This document shows positions 1-12,515 of a DNA stretch of 64,000 nucleotides, in pieces. Under the pieces are notes generated by a model. That model worked only from the letters and a program-made list of their open reading frames with translations, ran no database searches and had not been told where the DNA came from. The stretch covers positions 4,184,123-4,248,122 of the forward strand of contig MU053557.1 of NCBI GenBank assembly GCA_013239625.1. Reading direction: 5' to 3'. Source of the stretch: Lama guanicoe (taxonomy: Eukaryota). A program made the position numbers and the translations under genes. Every line of letters begins with the position of its first letter. Positions within the stretch are counted from its first letter, which is position 1.

Positions 1-2799
1 GGAACCAGATGCCCAGATGATATGACTAGAAATTATAAAAGTAAAATGTCAAGATTAAAAAGGTCTTTTTCTGTTCAAAATTCTGTAATTCTGTGTTGTG
101 TGTGTATATAAAAAAGTTACCTTGTATTATAATAAAGGCAAGTCAGTGGGAAAAGTAATGGAATCACAGAATATTAGGGCAAAAAGCAGCCTTAGAGATA
201 ATCTGGTCCATGGTTTTTCAAATCTGTTGCTAGTCAGGAAACTGTCAAAAAAAAAAAAGTCTTTGAAATCTAACATGCAAGACAGATCCATGTCAATCTC
301 TTCTGGTTTAATTTAAAGTTTAGGACACTGTAGTCTTAGGCACATGTAATCCTTCTCTCCTTCTCCAGAAACACAGAGGATACAATTCCAATTTAAGTGA
401 TATAAATTCTAAAAATGATACAATCCATTTATAGGGATGAAATCCATAAAACTGTGGGCTGCATGAGTTAGAGTAGAGATACACTTATTTAGTGCCATGA
501 CTAATAATCACTGCAACATCATGTTTTTATCTTTCCAAGTTAGTCAAAAATATAATACAGATCAGTTGCTTCAGACACCAATCAGCAGCCCACAGACTTC
601 CGATCAAAGTCTGTGACTGGAAATCAGTTGCAGCATGTGGCATTTGTGTTTCAAGTCCAACCCAAAGCAGCTGCTGAGGACATAGTAATTAAGCAAGTGC
701 TAATGAAAAGTCTAATAACCAAAAATGTATGGACTGTAGCTCTTTGACACCTATTTTAAGTGACAAGCACAACCTGTGTGAAAGCCAACTAAGGAGGAAG
801 AGAGGCTTGAAGAACTATGACAAGGAGAAAGCAGGAGTTTGCAGAATCAAAGAATAGCAAGAAGGAACACCACACTCCCTCTCTGCACCCATAGAGACCA
901 AGCAATATAACTGAAGGCCCCAATGTCAAGCTGGATATAGGCTTGTAAAAGCCTTAGGGCAAGATGATAATGGCCTGCCACTAGTCTTTGAATGTGTCCC
1001 AGGAAGCTCTTTTGCTTTTTTTTTTTTCACTGAAATGGTATAATTAATTACCTCTAACTCATTAACACGCAATCCTAACTCATCTTTCTGAAGCAAATGT
1101 CAAATTCAGTCACTCCCTAACTTCAGCCCTAGAAAGGGTCTCACTGTACTATTCAAAGCCCAGTTCTTACTCAAAGCTCTTAACTAAATGCTGTTGGAGG
1201 CAGAGAAAGGTTCATCTGAGATTACTTAAGTATCCATTAATCTTGAGTCCAGTGAACTCTGAGGGAAGATTCTGAAATTAAGAGGAAACAATAGTATCAG
1301 GAAAAGTGTAGGTGGAATAGGACAGTCAGAAGGAATAAGAAAAAAAAAAATAAGGAAAGGATAGATTAGGGTGGGGCTTGGGGCGGGGGATGAAGAAATG
1401 GAACAGAAAATTGATGTTCAGAAGGCCAGGAGTTGAGATCAGAATAAGTGATATCACTGAAGGTTAGTGGTCAGTGAAATATTCAAGCCACATAATTAGC
1501 ATTTTAAAAAGTGCCCTTGCACATAGCAGGTACTAAATAAACATTTGCTTAATAGATTCTGACCAAGTCTCCTTGTGCTTAAGCTAAACCTACTCTTTAG
1601 CACTGTGGCTAACGTCCTTGGGCTTGCCTATAACTTTCCTTCTGGTAACAAAATTCATGTTGAATGGTAGAATGAACCATTGGTAGAATCACTGGTGGGT
1701 GATCCAGACATTGAACTTATAACACAGACTTTAAAATAATTCTAATTAATACGTCCAAGAAAATGGATGGCATGATAGACAGAATTTCTAAGAAAAAAAT
1801 TTAACTATTTAAAATACTCAAATGGAAATTCTAGAACATTAAAATACAATAATCGAAATTAAGAATGTACTAGGTAAGTTTAATAGCAGATTGGATGTGG
1901 ATGAAGAGAGCATTAAAAACAAGAAGATAAGTAAATAGGAAAATTCTGACTGATTCTTGGAGATAAAAATAGAATAAAAAATAGCATGTTAGATAGGACA
2001 CAACGAAAAGGTCTAACGTAAATGCAATCAAAATTCAAGCACAAGTGAAGGGAAAAAAAGAGGCATAGGAATTATTTGAAGAAATTTCTAAAACTCCTGA
2101 AATACATCAAACTCCAGATTCAAGAGATACATGAACCCAATCAACATAACTACAAAGTAAAAGCACATTTAGGAACAAAATTTAAAAAAAATTTTAACTG
2201 CTTGAAACTCAAACACAAATAGAAAATTTTTAAAGTAGCCAGAGAAGTTAACAGACACATTCCTTCAAAGAAGCAACAAAATTTATCCCAGACTTCTCAG
2301 TGGGAAATACAGAAACCAAAACGACAATGAAATGATATTTTTGTAGTGCTGAAAGAAAACGAAAGTGTCAACCTGGAAATTCTGTATCCAGTGAAAATAT
2401 CCTTAAAAAGGGAAAGAAAACTTAGGATTTTCTGAAAAGCAGTAAAAGTACAAATTTATATTAAACTCTAATAATGCATGAATGCATACTTTTATCTCTA
2501 GAGTAATAATTAAAAGGATATACATTTAACAAGCTAATAAAGATAATGCAGTAATAAAAAATAAATTATTAGTCCAAAATAAAGCAGGAAAGCAAAGAAA
2601 TTAAACATAAAATAGGTAAGACAATTAGAAAATACAAAATATTAGACACAAACCCAAATATATTGGAATGTAAATAGTTTAATACATCAATAAAAAAGCA
2701 AAGACAGACTGGATTTTAAAAATACAAGCTGCTATAATATAGTTTAAATAAAAGGACACAAATAAAACATAAACATAAAAATAAATATAAATATAAACA

Positions 2800-3033
2800 C
2801 AGTTGACCCTTGAACAAAAGGGTTTAAACTGCATGGGTTCATTTATATGTGAATTTTTTTCAGCAGTAAATACTACAGTACAACACCATCCAAATTTGGT
2901 TCAATCTGCAGATGTGGGACTGGGGATATGGGGGAACCGTGTGTACTGAGGGCTGACTGATAAATAATATATAGATTTTCTACTTCAAGGAAGGTCAGCA
3001 TCCCTAACCCCCACATTGTTCAAGGGTCAACTG
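2800..3033 (+). mobile_element. Tigger2-family (TcMar-Tigger) MITE nested in the old L1
   Basis: Perfect 18-bp terminal inverted repeats CAGTTGACCCTTGAACAA (2800-2817) and TTGTTCAAGGGTCAACTG (3016-3033). TA follows the right end; CA precedes the left end (decayed TA target duplication). Confidence 0.9.
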
Positions 3034-3130
3034 TATGTGTATATATATATATACATATATATATATATGTATATATATATATACACATATGTATATATAT
3101 ATATATATAAATGTATATATATATATATAT
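3034..3130. repeat. Imperfect (TA)n microsatellite
   Basis: tatgtgtatatatatatatacatatat... directly visible; explains the YIYIY-type ORFs 3016-3216 and 3027-3248. Confidence 0.97.
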
Positions 3131-6100
3131 TTAAACATATAACCAAAGAAAGGACAAAAGGCAAAAGAGACATAGCCATAGTCAGAGTGGGATACATTAA
3201 CATACTTCTCCCGTGAACTGACAGAAAAAAACAGACCAAAAAAATCAATAAGGATAGAGGATCTGGATTAACAGATGTGGCCTAATCGACACAAAGAACA
3301 CTGTACCCAACAATAACAGAATATTTTTTCCCAAGTACACATGGAAATTTATCAAACCTGATCATATTCTGATCAGAAGTACCTCTCAAGAACTTGTTTG
3401 AAAATTAAATCATTCAGAGTAATTCACTGACTATAAGCTAGAAATCAGTAACAAAATAATTAGGAGGCGTTTAAATACTTGGAAATCAAGCAGTACACAC
3501 CTAAATAAATAAAATCAAATAAACCATGGGTCATAGAAAGAATCAAAATGGGAACTGAAAGTATTTTAAACTGAATAAAAATTAAAATATGATGTATTAA
3601 TACTTCTTGGATGAAAATAAAGCAGTGCTTAGTGGTATTATAACCTTAAATGCATATATTATTTTTTAAAAGCATTTATTGAGAATATAATAGAAAATAA
3701 AACTTCTTAAATGATTTAAATATTCACGTGAGAAGTGAGAAAAACAAGAGCAAGTTAAGGAAAGTAGAATCCCAAAGAAAGCAGAATGAAGAAAACAGAA
3801 AAAACTAAAGCAGAAATTAATTAAATTTAGACAATGCAGAATATTAACAAACCCAAACTTCCTTCTTTGAAAAGACTAATACAACCGACCCAAGACAGAT
3901 ATTATTAATTTTTTTAAAGAGAGGGATAAGGCACAAGTTACTAGGATCAGAAATAAAATATGGAACATATCAGATTCTATAAACATCACAAAGTTAAAAG
4001 GATAATACTAACAATTTAAAGTTAATAGATTTAAATTCTGGATGAAATAGACAAATGCCTGGAAAATCATAATTTACCAAATTGAGTCAATAAGAACTTT
4101 TAAAAATCTGAATAGCCCCGTGTCTGTTAAAGAAAATTGACTCTATAGCCAAAAACCTTTCCACAAAATCTCCAGGGCCAGATAACTTCACAGGCAAATT
4201 CTTCCAAACACTTAATAAATGAACACCACTGATCTTACACAAAAACTTTTAGAAAATAAAGGCCAGAATGCCCTTGGTACCAAAATCTGAAAGAACATTA
4301 CAAGAAGGACAATTATAGGCCAACTTATCTCTTCAATAAAGATTCAAAAATTCTAAACATTAACAATTGAATGCAACAATATCTAAAAGAACAAATGAGG
4401 GTTATTTTAGCAATGTGAGGTTAGTTTAACATGCAACATAAATCAATCCAATTTTCCCGTTAATAAAATAAAGAAGAATATTCCTTATCATCTCAGAAAA
4501 AGCATTGGAGAAAATCTGACATGCATTCAAACATTTTTTAAATAAAGCAAAAAATGTTAGCAAACTAGGGATAGAGGGAAAGTTTCTTAATCTAAAAGAA
4601 GATTTATAAAGATATTGCATACCAAACATCATACTTAATAGGGAAATAGTAAAAGCTTTTCCATAAGATCAAGAAGAAGGCAAGGATACCCAGTTTCACC
4701 ATTTCTATTCAACAGTACGCTAGAGGTCCTAGCCAGTGCAGTAAGGCAAGAAGATAAAGAACAAAGACTGGAATGAAAGATGCAAAACTGTCATTATTTG
4801 CAAAGAAATCTGATTATATATGCAGCATATCCAAAGTAATCTGAAAACAAACTGTCAGAATTAATCAAAGAATTCAGCAAATTTGCTGGATTTAAGGTCC
4901 ATTTAACAATAAATTTCATTTATATGTAGCAGCAACAAAATAATTAGTAAATGAGATTTTAAATGATGCAGTTTATAGACCTATGGTCATACATCAAATA
5001 TCTTGAACTACAATAATTAAGACAGTGTGGTGTTGGTATAAGAATAGACTAAGAAACCAAAAGAACAGAATAGGGTCCAGAAACAGATCTTCACATAATC
5101 ATCACTGACTTAGGATACTAAGGACAATGGGGGAATAATGGGTTTTTTTAATGAATACTATGCTGGGTCAGTTAAATAATTACACTGAAAAACATTCACC
5201 TTAATTTTTATCACATACCATATAAAACCTCAATCTCAAATGGACTGTAAATGTAAATATAAATGATACAGTAATAAAATTTCTAAGAGAAATCTTCAGG
5301 GTATATCTTGATTTGAGGTAACCAAAGACTTCCTGAATTGAACAGTTAAAAAATACCAACCATTAAAAATGTTATTGATAAACTGGTTGCATGTTTAAAA
5401 ACTTCTGTTCATTGAAAGAAACCTTTAAAAGAATGGCAGAAGATATTTATAATACATATATCAGGAAAAAAACAAAAAAACTATGGACTTTAATCCAGAA
5501 TGTAGAAAGAGCCCCTAACAATCAATTAGAAAAAGGCAGTCAATTCAATGGTAAAATGGGCAAAAGACTCAAACAAAAATTTCATTATGAACACCAGCAT
5601 TGGCAACGATATGGAGCAATCAGCACTCTCACATACTTTTGGTAGAAAATGGATAGTTTCTTCTAAGGCTGAACATACCCATATCCTGTGACCCAAGCAA
5701 CCTCACTCCTCATGCACAGTAGAGAAGGGTACACATATCCACTGGAAAAAAAAAACTCTAAACCACTAATCATAATAGCCTAAAATTGTAAACAACTCAA
5801 CGGCCCAACAGTAAAATGAATAAATAAACTGTAGTACACTCATACAACGGAATACTTCAGTCTTGAGAATGGACTAACAATGTCCACAAGCAACAAAATG
5901 AGTAAGTCTCAAAGATATAATGATGAGTGAAAGAATACAGAATCTATGATTCCATTCATACGAAATTCAAAACTAAGCTATGATGTCAGATGGTGGGATA
6001 ATAGTTACCTTTGATGGGGAGGGGTACTGACAGGGCATTCTGGTATAGGGAACATATTTCTTGATCTGGGTGTTGGTTACATAAATCTTCTCATCTGGAG

Positions 6101-7224
6101 AAAAATTATCAAGGTGTATCCTTATCTAGGCACATTTCTAGGTGCATTTTATATTTCAATAAAATTTTTACTTAAAAATAATGAATGGCATATGCTTTTC
6201 TCATCAGTCTCTTCCTCAATCTGTTTTCTCTTAGGCAAGTCGTTTGCTACTTCCCTTGATGTTTTCCTTTGACTTTATAATCCAGTTTTCATTTAGAGGG
6301 ATTCCAAAAACACCTTTATCAAAACTGACATCTTAACAAGATGATAATGCTATTTACATAATATAGAAGGTTACAAATATAGAATAGTTTATCCCTCATA
6401 TAGCTGCACCTGTTGTAAAAACAGTGAAGTCACAGGCATGGCTGTTTGAAGACCATTTCTTCTACTGCTTCCCTGGGGCTAGCTGGGTAGGAAGATGGAG
6501 AAGATGGCTGGCTACCTAGTGTATTAAATGAGATGATGAAAGGAAAGCATTTTGTAAACTGTAAACCTTTATGTAAAATAAGATATCACTATACCCATTC
6601 TATTTTATAGCTCAGGCAATATAGAAACTCACTAAAATACCTCACATATACACAATAAAGGGTGTTGGCTCAGCTGGGTATCAGGGCTCACTGGACCCAG
6701 GGAACCTAATGTGGCCAGGACACTCTGCTATGTGTTTTCTTGGGTCTCTGCTTTTCTCCATATATTTGAGTCTTTCTCTGCTACTGGGAAAACAAGTACC
6801 TGACAGCTCCTGATCCTCATACTCCACAGTTACCACTCTAAAGGAGAGTGACATACATACTTAAGCCTGTATGTAATGGTCAAAAATTAGCTTTTGAGGT
6901 ATTGCAAGTCTGATTAAAATTTGTGTGTGTGATGCTATGGTTTAATTCCATATAAAATATTTGGTGGTGGGAATCTATCTTTTTACATACATATAAAAGA
7001 GGTCTATAACTCAGTTGTCACTTCTATAAATAAGCCCTGTATAAAAAATAATACCATATTGGGGGTTTGTACCATTTGCTTGAAAGATATGGATACTTTG
7101 TGGATATAAAGCCTGATAATGTTTCTATATCCCTCTCACTTAAGCAATGCTACAGTAAACCATTTCTGAAGAAGAAAGCCCATCCTGTCTCAAACCTCAC
7201 TCATCACAGGGGAAGTAAGAAAGT

Positions 7225-7400
7225 ATCGTGAGGAAAGCACTGGCTTTGGAATCAGCGTGACCTGGACTGGAGTCTAATTCTATTCCTTCCTCTTTGTCTT
7301 CAGAGACGTTGCTTCATCTTTCAGGCATCCAATTCCTCATTTTTAAACCGAGATAAAATACCTATGTTCTTAGCACGGCACGTAGGCACATGATATTTAC
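7225..7400 (+). mobile_element. MIR SINE
   Basis: ggaaagcactggctttggaatcag...aattcctcatttttaaaccgagataaaatacct resembles the MIR core. Confidence 0.7.
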
Positions 7401-7639
7401 TTCTTTTCCATGTTCTCAGACCACCACACAAACACCGGAAAAAGCAGTGGGCACAGACTGGACCAGATAACATGAGATGGTTTTGAAGTTCCAGTACTGA
7501 CCTGGCCTGTCCAATTCTCCACCAGTCAACAATAATGAATGCTGTACACCCCATGAACTGACTAAAGATAGTTGAAGGAAATAAAGCAGTCATTTTTGAT
7601 GAGTCTTTATTATTTCTGTACCTCTCTCCCCAGCATCCT

Positions 7640-8000
7640 TTCCCCATTCTTTTCCTAACAGTGCCCTAAATCATCTTTGACAGATCTCTCCACCTCCACT
7701 CAAAGTCCAAGTGACCTGGGGGTAGAGGTACCACTCGCCTGCAGAGACAAAGCATGTGACCCAGGCCCAGCCAACCAGAGAACCAAATCTCTCTGGCAAC
7801 AGTGATTGGCTCATCATTGCACACATGATCCAAGCTGGTCCATTAACAAGAATAAGAAGACCTGTGTAGCAGCTGCCATGAGAAGATTCTCTTTTATTTC
7901 CTTCCTAATCTGTTTGAATACTTAGAATCTAAAACATTATTTAAATCCCATGGATTAAGCCCCACCTTACTCAGTGACTAGTTTTTAGGTGAGTCAATGT
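7640..8000 (+). mobile_element. MaLR LTR (MLT1-type) remnant
   Basis: catgtgacccaggcccagccaaccagag...gtgattggctcat...catgatccaagctggtcca resembles old MLT1 LTRs. Confidence 0.55.
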
Positions 8001-8059
8001 AGAAATGAAGAAACCATGGAAGCTATTTCTTTAGACTTTCAAAGTTAACTTGGCAAAAG

Positions 8060-8330
8060 TTTTATACTGCCAAGTCCCTCATCTCTAGTGGATTCCAGTC
8101 AGAATACTGGAGGGTGACAGCTAAGTTTAGGAATGGTCCAGAAGCCTAGACATTTACTCTGTACAGTCTAACTACAACTGGAAACTTAGGTGGTCTGGAC
8201 CATACCCCAAGATCTGCAGGCCATCCAAAAATATAGTCTATATATAGTCTTGCCTGGATGAAGAGCTATCTTATCAAGAAGTAACTAAGGTTGGAGACCA
8301 AAGTATAAAGCTGGTTTACCTTTTGTACTA
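8060..8330 (+). mobile_element. Possible ancient RTE-X (L4-like) LINE remnant
   Basis: One frame reads V*EWSRSLDIYSVQSNYNWKLRWSGP, resembling the RTE-clade C-terminal EVLE...QLRWAGH motif; highly degenerate. Confidence 0.35.
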
Positions 8331-8344
8331 GTAATATTAAATAT

Positions 8345-9000
8345 TACTCAACTAATATTTACTGAGCATATACTGTGCTTAGAATCTGGGTAAAACAATA
8401 CAGTGTCTGCTTTCATGTATCTTAAGACCTTGCAGAGGAAACAAATAAACGGGCAATTATCACATAAAATCATAAGTGTTATAATGAAATATCACAGGGA
8501 CATCTTGGACCAGCATCTAATCAGGCTTGGGTGGTCCACAAAAACTTCTTAGAGAAAGTAAAAAAATCGAAGTTGAGACCTGGAGGATGTGACATAATGA
8601 ACCAAGCGAAGAGATGGGGAAGAACATCAGTATTAAGAGAATGTAAAATTTGGGGAAATGGAAATACCACACCAGGACTGAAATGCAAGCAGTAAAAGGG
8701 AGAGTGGTATGATGTGAGAGGGACAGACCAGGGGCCAAACTGCAGAAATCCTTAAAAGCCATGTTTGGATTTTAATCTGAGAACAACAGGAAACTGCCAA
8801 GGGCTTTTAAGCAAGTAAGTGGCATAACAAGATCCATACTTTAGAAACGTCTCTCCAGATGTAGTATGCAGAATGGACCAAAAGGAGACAAGAGAGGAGA
8901 ACCTTTCCATCAGTCCCTCAGGGTGACCAACAAGGAGGCCACTGCAATTACCCAGGGAAGAGACGATAGTGTTTGAGGAGACAGAAACAGTAGGACTTAA
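8345..9000 (-). mobile_element. L2 LINE 3' region
   Basis: actcaactaatatttactgagca (L2 3' end) through gattttaatctgagaacaacaggaaactgccaagggcttttaagcaag...gaggccactgcaattacccaggg. Confidence 0.8.
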
Positions 9001-10346
9001 TATTTTCTTAGTTCTTGAGCTTGCCTGATCTTCAATCATCAACTCCTAGGTGGCTAATCAAGACAGTATATTCCATTAGGAATGTTAAAAAAGAAGAGAT
9101 TTTTATGTCAGGTAGAGGACTGGTTCATTTCACTCAAGATCCCTTTCAAGTATGCAGTACTTTGATTCTGTGCTGACGATAGGGAATAAGAATGAATAAT
9201 TATTTATTCACTGCTTGAAAAATAGAAGTAGGGATTCCCCTTGTTGCCTGAAAATTGGTAAGCTATTAGACATAAAAATAAAGTGCTATTTATAATGAAG
9301 CTGCACTGTACACTCAATTAACTTCCTCTGAAGGAAACAGGAACTGATTGAATATTGCAGGAATTCTGCTCACTGCACCACTGAATGACCAACTACATGT
9401 CCCAGATAAGCAAGAGAAGACTAGTGGGTATCAGTTGTTCATTCAGCCAACTCAGCTCCCACTGTCCCTCACTGAGTACAAAGCCTGCTACTCTGCTTAT
9501 AATTCTGGTGATCAAAGATAATGTGTTTTGAATTCTCAAACAACATACCTCCCCAGAATACAAGACAACTACTTCATATAGTTCACAAGAGAAGAAAGAG
9601 TGATCTGTCCCAACACTATAAAAATGGTGATGTCAATTTCTCAAAAGAGAGCATATTGGTCTCCATTTTTGTATACTGTACTTTAATAATATAGTTTAAG
9701 GAATTTTTAGAGGTGATTTTTTTTTTCACTATGTGACCATATGCATTAGGCACTGACCTTAAAAACCCGTGAGTGAGATTTGACTCCAAGGAAAAGTAAA
9801 TTAATGGAATTCACTATCCTAGAAGCTGTAGAACCTAAAAATGCCAATTTGTACCAATTTTATAAGTTCCAGAAGGAGTATAAGGGAAATTAGAGGGATT
9901 TCAGAACAACCTAATATGATGCTGTCCTTTTAAACAAACAAACAAAGGAAAAAGCATTGCCCATCACAACTATCTCAGAAAAGGAATGAGCGGGGGGCTT
10001 TTTTTTTTCCAGCCCTCATGGTCTTGCAGATGGAAATGCCTAAAGAAATTATTAACTTCTGGGACATTTTCTCCTGTCGACTGCTCAGATAAAATGCTGA
10101 CTCAAGGCTTTCATTTGTCAATCAGTCCCTCAGGTGAAACCAAAAATATTTTGTGAAAAATGTCCCCTTGCCTAAACTTACCCACATGCTCTGATTTAAT
10201 TTGCAACTAGAAGATATAGTCTGGGTATTTCCTTTTTCACTTAGTTTTCCATAGTCTTTCTTTCCCTCTCTCCTTTCTATTTTTTGATATAAAATAAAGG
10301 ACAAGACTTTATAGTGATTAAGAAGCACACACAGCAATTTCACTCA

Positions 10347-10361
10347 TGTTGCTAGGCAACA
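10347..10361. promoter_or_regulatory. RFX X-box motif (TGTTGCTAGGCAACA)
   Basis: Near-palindromic GTTGCTAGGCAAC; reverse complement TGTTGCCTAGCAACA fits the RFX-family X-box consensus. Lies in non-repetitive intronic DNA. Confidence 0.5.
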
Positions 10362-10849
10362 AGGGCCATATCTGAGCTCAATGAATGGATTCTGAGCATC
10401 TGCACGAAGGAGAAATACAAAGAGCCAGTGAGTGAACTGTCTTGATAACTGCAGGGGTTAGTACTTCTTGACACACATGCTCCTGGATTTGCCTGAGAAG
10501 GGAGAAGGTACACTTATGTTAAACCTTTCTGGTGGTTTATTTTTCCAGGATTTGTTGAAAATTCTCCCCGATGGAAAGTTGGCACAGTATGTTATAATGA
10601 TCATCAGCTCAAGAAAGGAAAGTAGGTAAAAATGGCCCCTATTTCTATTTGCCAAGTTCAGGGCTGCACTGCCGATAGCATGGGCTATTTCAACAGCCTC
10701 CAGCCTGATCTCTCCTTGTCTTCCCCCTCTCCCCATCAGTTAATCTCACCTAGCTGATTAATTACAATGGTATTTTCTACCTCCTTGCAAGCAACTCCCA
10801 TCCTCTGTGATCAGCATTTACCTCCCTTTTCAGGTGCTGTGAAAAATAT

Positions 10850-11170
10850 AACATTGTTGATTATAATTAAGTCTGTTTTATTTTGTTCTTATTACAAAGC
10901 AATTCATAATCATTAACAAAAAAGCAGAAAAACACAGACACACAAATGAGTATCAACATCTATTATCCTGTTCACAAGAGACAACGTAAATATCTTAGTG
11001 CATATCACTCTAGATGACTTTCTGTGCATAAAAAGACAAGACTTTTTTTTCTTACAAAACTGCATCACCTGTATACACGAAGTCATAACATGTCTTATGA
11101 ACTCAATAACGGCCAACACAGTATTTAATGGCTTCTATACTATGTCATAATTATTTAATCACTTTCATGA
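10850..11170 (-). mobile_element. L1ME-type 3' UTR fragment
   Basis: ttttgttcttattacaaagcaattcataatcatt...tttaatggcttctatactatgtcataattatttaatc is typical of an antisense old-L1 3' UTR. Confidence 0.55.
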
Positions 11171-11244
11171 AATTTGGGATAAAGAACAAAATAAATAATC
11201 AGTTACAGATACTTTCACTAATCTTTTTTTAATGACTAATTATT

Positions 11245-11386
11245 TAAAAAATTTATTTATTTTTATTTTTGGAGGGGTAATTAGGTTTTCCATTTATGTA
11301 TTTATTTTAATAGAGGTACTGGGGATTGAACCCAGGACTTCATGCATGCTAAGTATGCATTCTACCATTTGAGCTACCCACCCCCC
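11245..11386 (-). mobile_element. Camelid tRNA-derived SINE (Vic-1-like)
   Basis: Reverse complement GGGGGTGGGTAGCTCAAATGGTAGAATGCATACTTAGCATGCATGAAGTCCTGGGTTCAATCCCCAGTACCTC: tRNA-like head with Pol III A box (TAGCTCAAATGG) and B box (GGTTCAATCC), followed by an A-rich tail. Confidence 0.9.
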
Positions 11387-11529
11387 ACTGTTACTAATCG
11401 AATTGCATCTTCCTATTCATCTCCTGCACCTAACCATAGCTAGCTTTATTAATTCCCCAGTCTTACAACATTATTTCCTTTCCATTTCTACTAGTATAAA
11501 CCTAGCTCAAGTCTCTTCCCTGGCTTATC

Positions 11530-12095
11530 ACAGTAATGAATTATTTAGGACTCTCTCAGTTTTAAGTGTCAGAAATCAGAACTCAAAGTGGCTTAAGCAA
11601 AAGCAAATGTATAGCTGTATGGTTGAAAGTTTCATCAGCAGGGGCTAGCTGAATGCATAGTGGGATCCACAGACTCAAATAAGGTCAATGGGACATGGCT
11701 TTAACTCCCTCTACTTTCCAGCAATTCTCTCTTCTGCAATGGTTTCATTCTTGGGAAGGCTGTCCCCTAAAGGTGACCAGATGGCTGGGCAACACCTCTA
11801 GTCTTCTACCTTCTCAGTAACCCCAGGGGAAAGATCATTCTTCTGATTTAGTCCTGAGAGTCACTCTGATTATACTCACCAGAACCAACCATTGTGGCCA
11901 GGGGCCAAGTATGCTGAGTGGGGCCAGGCCTAGAGAACATGCCCACGCTGGAGCCTGAGAACAAAGTCTATTTCACCCAAAACACAAGAACCTGCATCAG
12001 GGAAGGGGTCATTCCCTAAAGCAAAATCAGAGTGCTGTTGCCAGGGAAAGGGGGAACAGATACTTGGCAGTCAGGAACAGCAGCTATTCACTACC
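11530..12095 (-). mobile_element. MaLR LTR (MLT1K-like)
   Basis: ttaggactctctcagttttaagtgtcagaaatcagaactcaaagtggcttaagcaaaag ... ccctaaagcaaaatcagagtgctgttgccagggaaagggggaacagatacttggcag. Confidence 0.75.
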
Positions 12096-12099
12096 ATTA

Positions 12100-12515
12100 G
12101 CCAGCGTGCTCCATTGGCTCCTTCAGATCCACTCATCACCATTCTCCACCTGGACTGTGTGTAGGGATCATAGCAATCAGCTCCCTTTCCCTCTGGCTGC
12201 TGATTGGGTTTAATCAACAGGAGGCATCAATAGGAGAGGTCAGAGAATATCTCCATCTCCCTCCTTGCTGGGCACCAGCTGGCAGTAGCTGTGTCCCTGT
12301 ACTGAAGACCACAGTTTCTCTTGGGTGAATTTCTATAACCAGCTACAGATCCTCTTTGGGTCCTGGTAATAATTGTCTCCCTTTGCTCCTGAGACACAGG
12401 GGTGGAAATAGCTCACTGCTGTGTGAGTTCCACCATACCTTGTTCTTTTAATCCTGTGTACTCCTTTACGCCATTCATATGAACCTTCTCTTTCCTGAGG
12501 AACCTCGACAGATGC
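12100..12515 (+). mobile_element. ERVL LTR (LTR33/LTR16-like) remnant
   Basis: cagctccctttccctctggctgctgattgggtttaatcaacaggaggcatcaataggag is characteristic of this LTR group. Confidence 0.55.

Larger units (their letters stand above)
1640..6180 (+). mobile_element. Old, degenerate near-full-length LINE-1 (L1M-type; ORF1, ORF2 and 3' UTR remnants)
   Basis: A-rich + strand. ORF1-like segments (e.g. 2290-2400 gacttctcagtgggaaatacagaaacc...ctgtatccagtgaaaatatcc). ORF2 RT-like segments (4170-4200 ccagggccagataacttcacaggcaaattc; 4680-4750 caaggatacccagtttcaccatttctattcaacagtacgctagaggtcctagcc). 3' end ...tatatttcaataaaa at ~6160. Many stops and frameshifts. Confidence 0.85.

Noticed and set aside
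591..615. Perfect 9-bp hairpin CACAGACTT-N7-AAGTCTGTG
   Set aside because: A few 9-bp stems are expected by chance in 64 kb; too short for a pre-miRNA.
10458..10736. 92-aa minus-strand ORF near the X-box
   Set aside because: No recognisable domain and no convincing paired splice sites.
11310..11386. tRNA-like sequence (also at 42692-42768)
   Set aside because: Head of a tRNA-derived SINE with an A-rich tail, present twice with divergence; not a tRNA gene.
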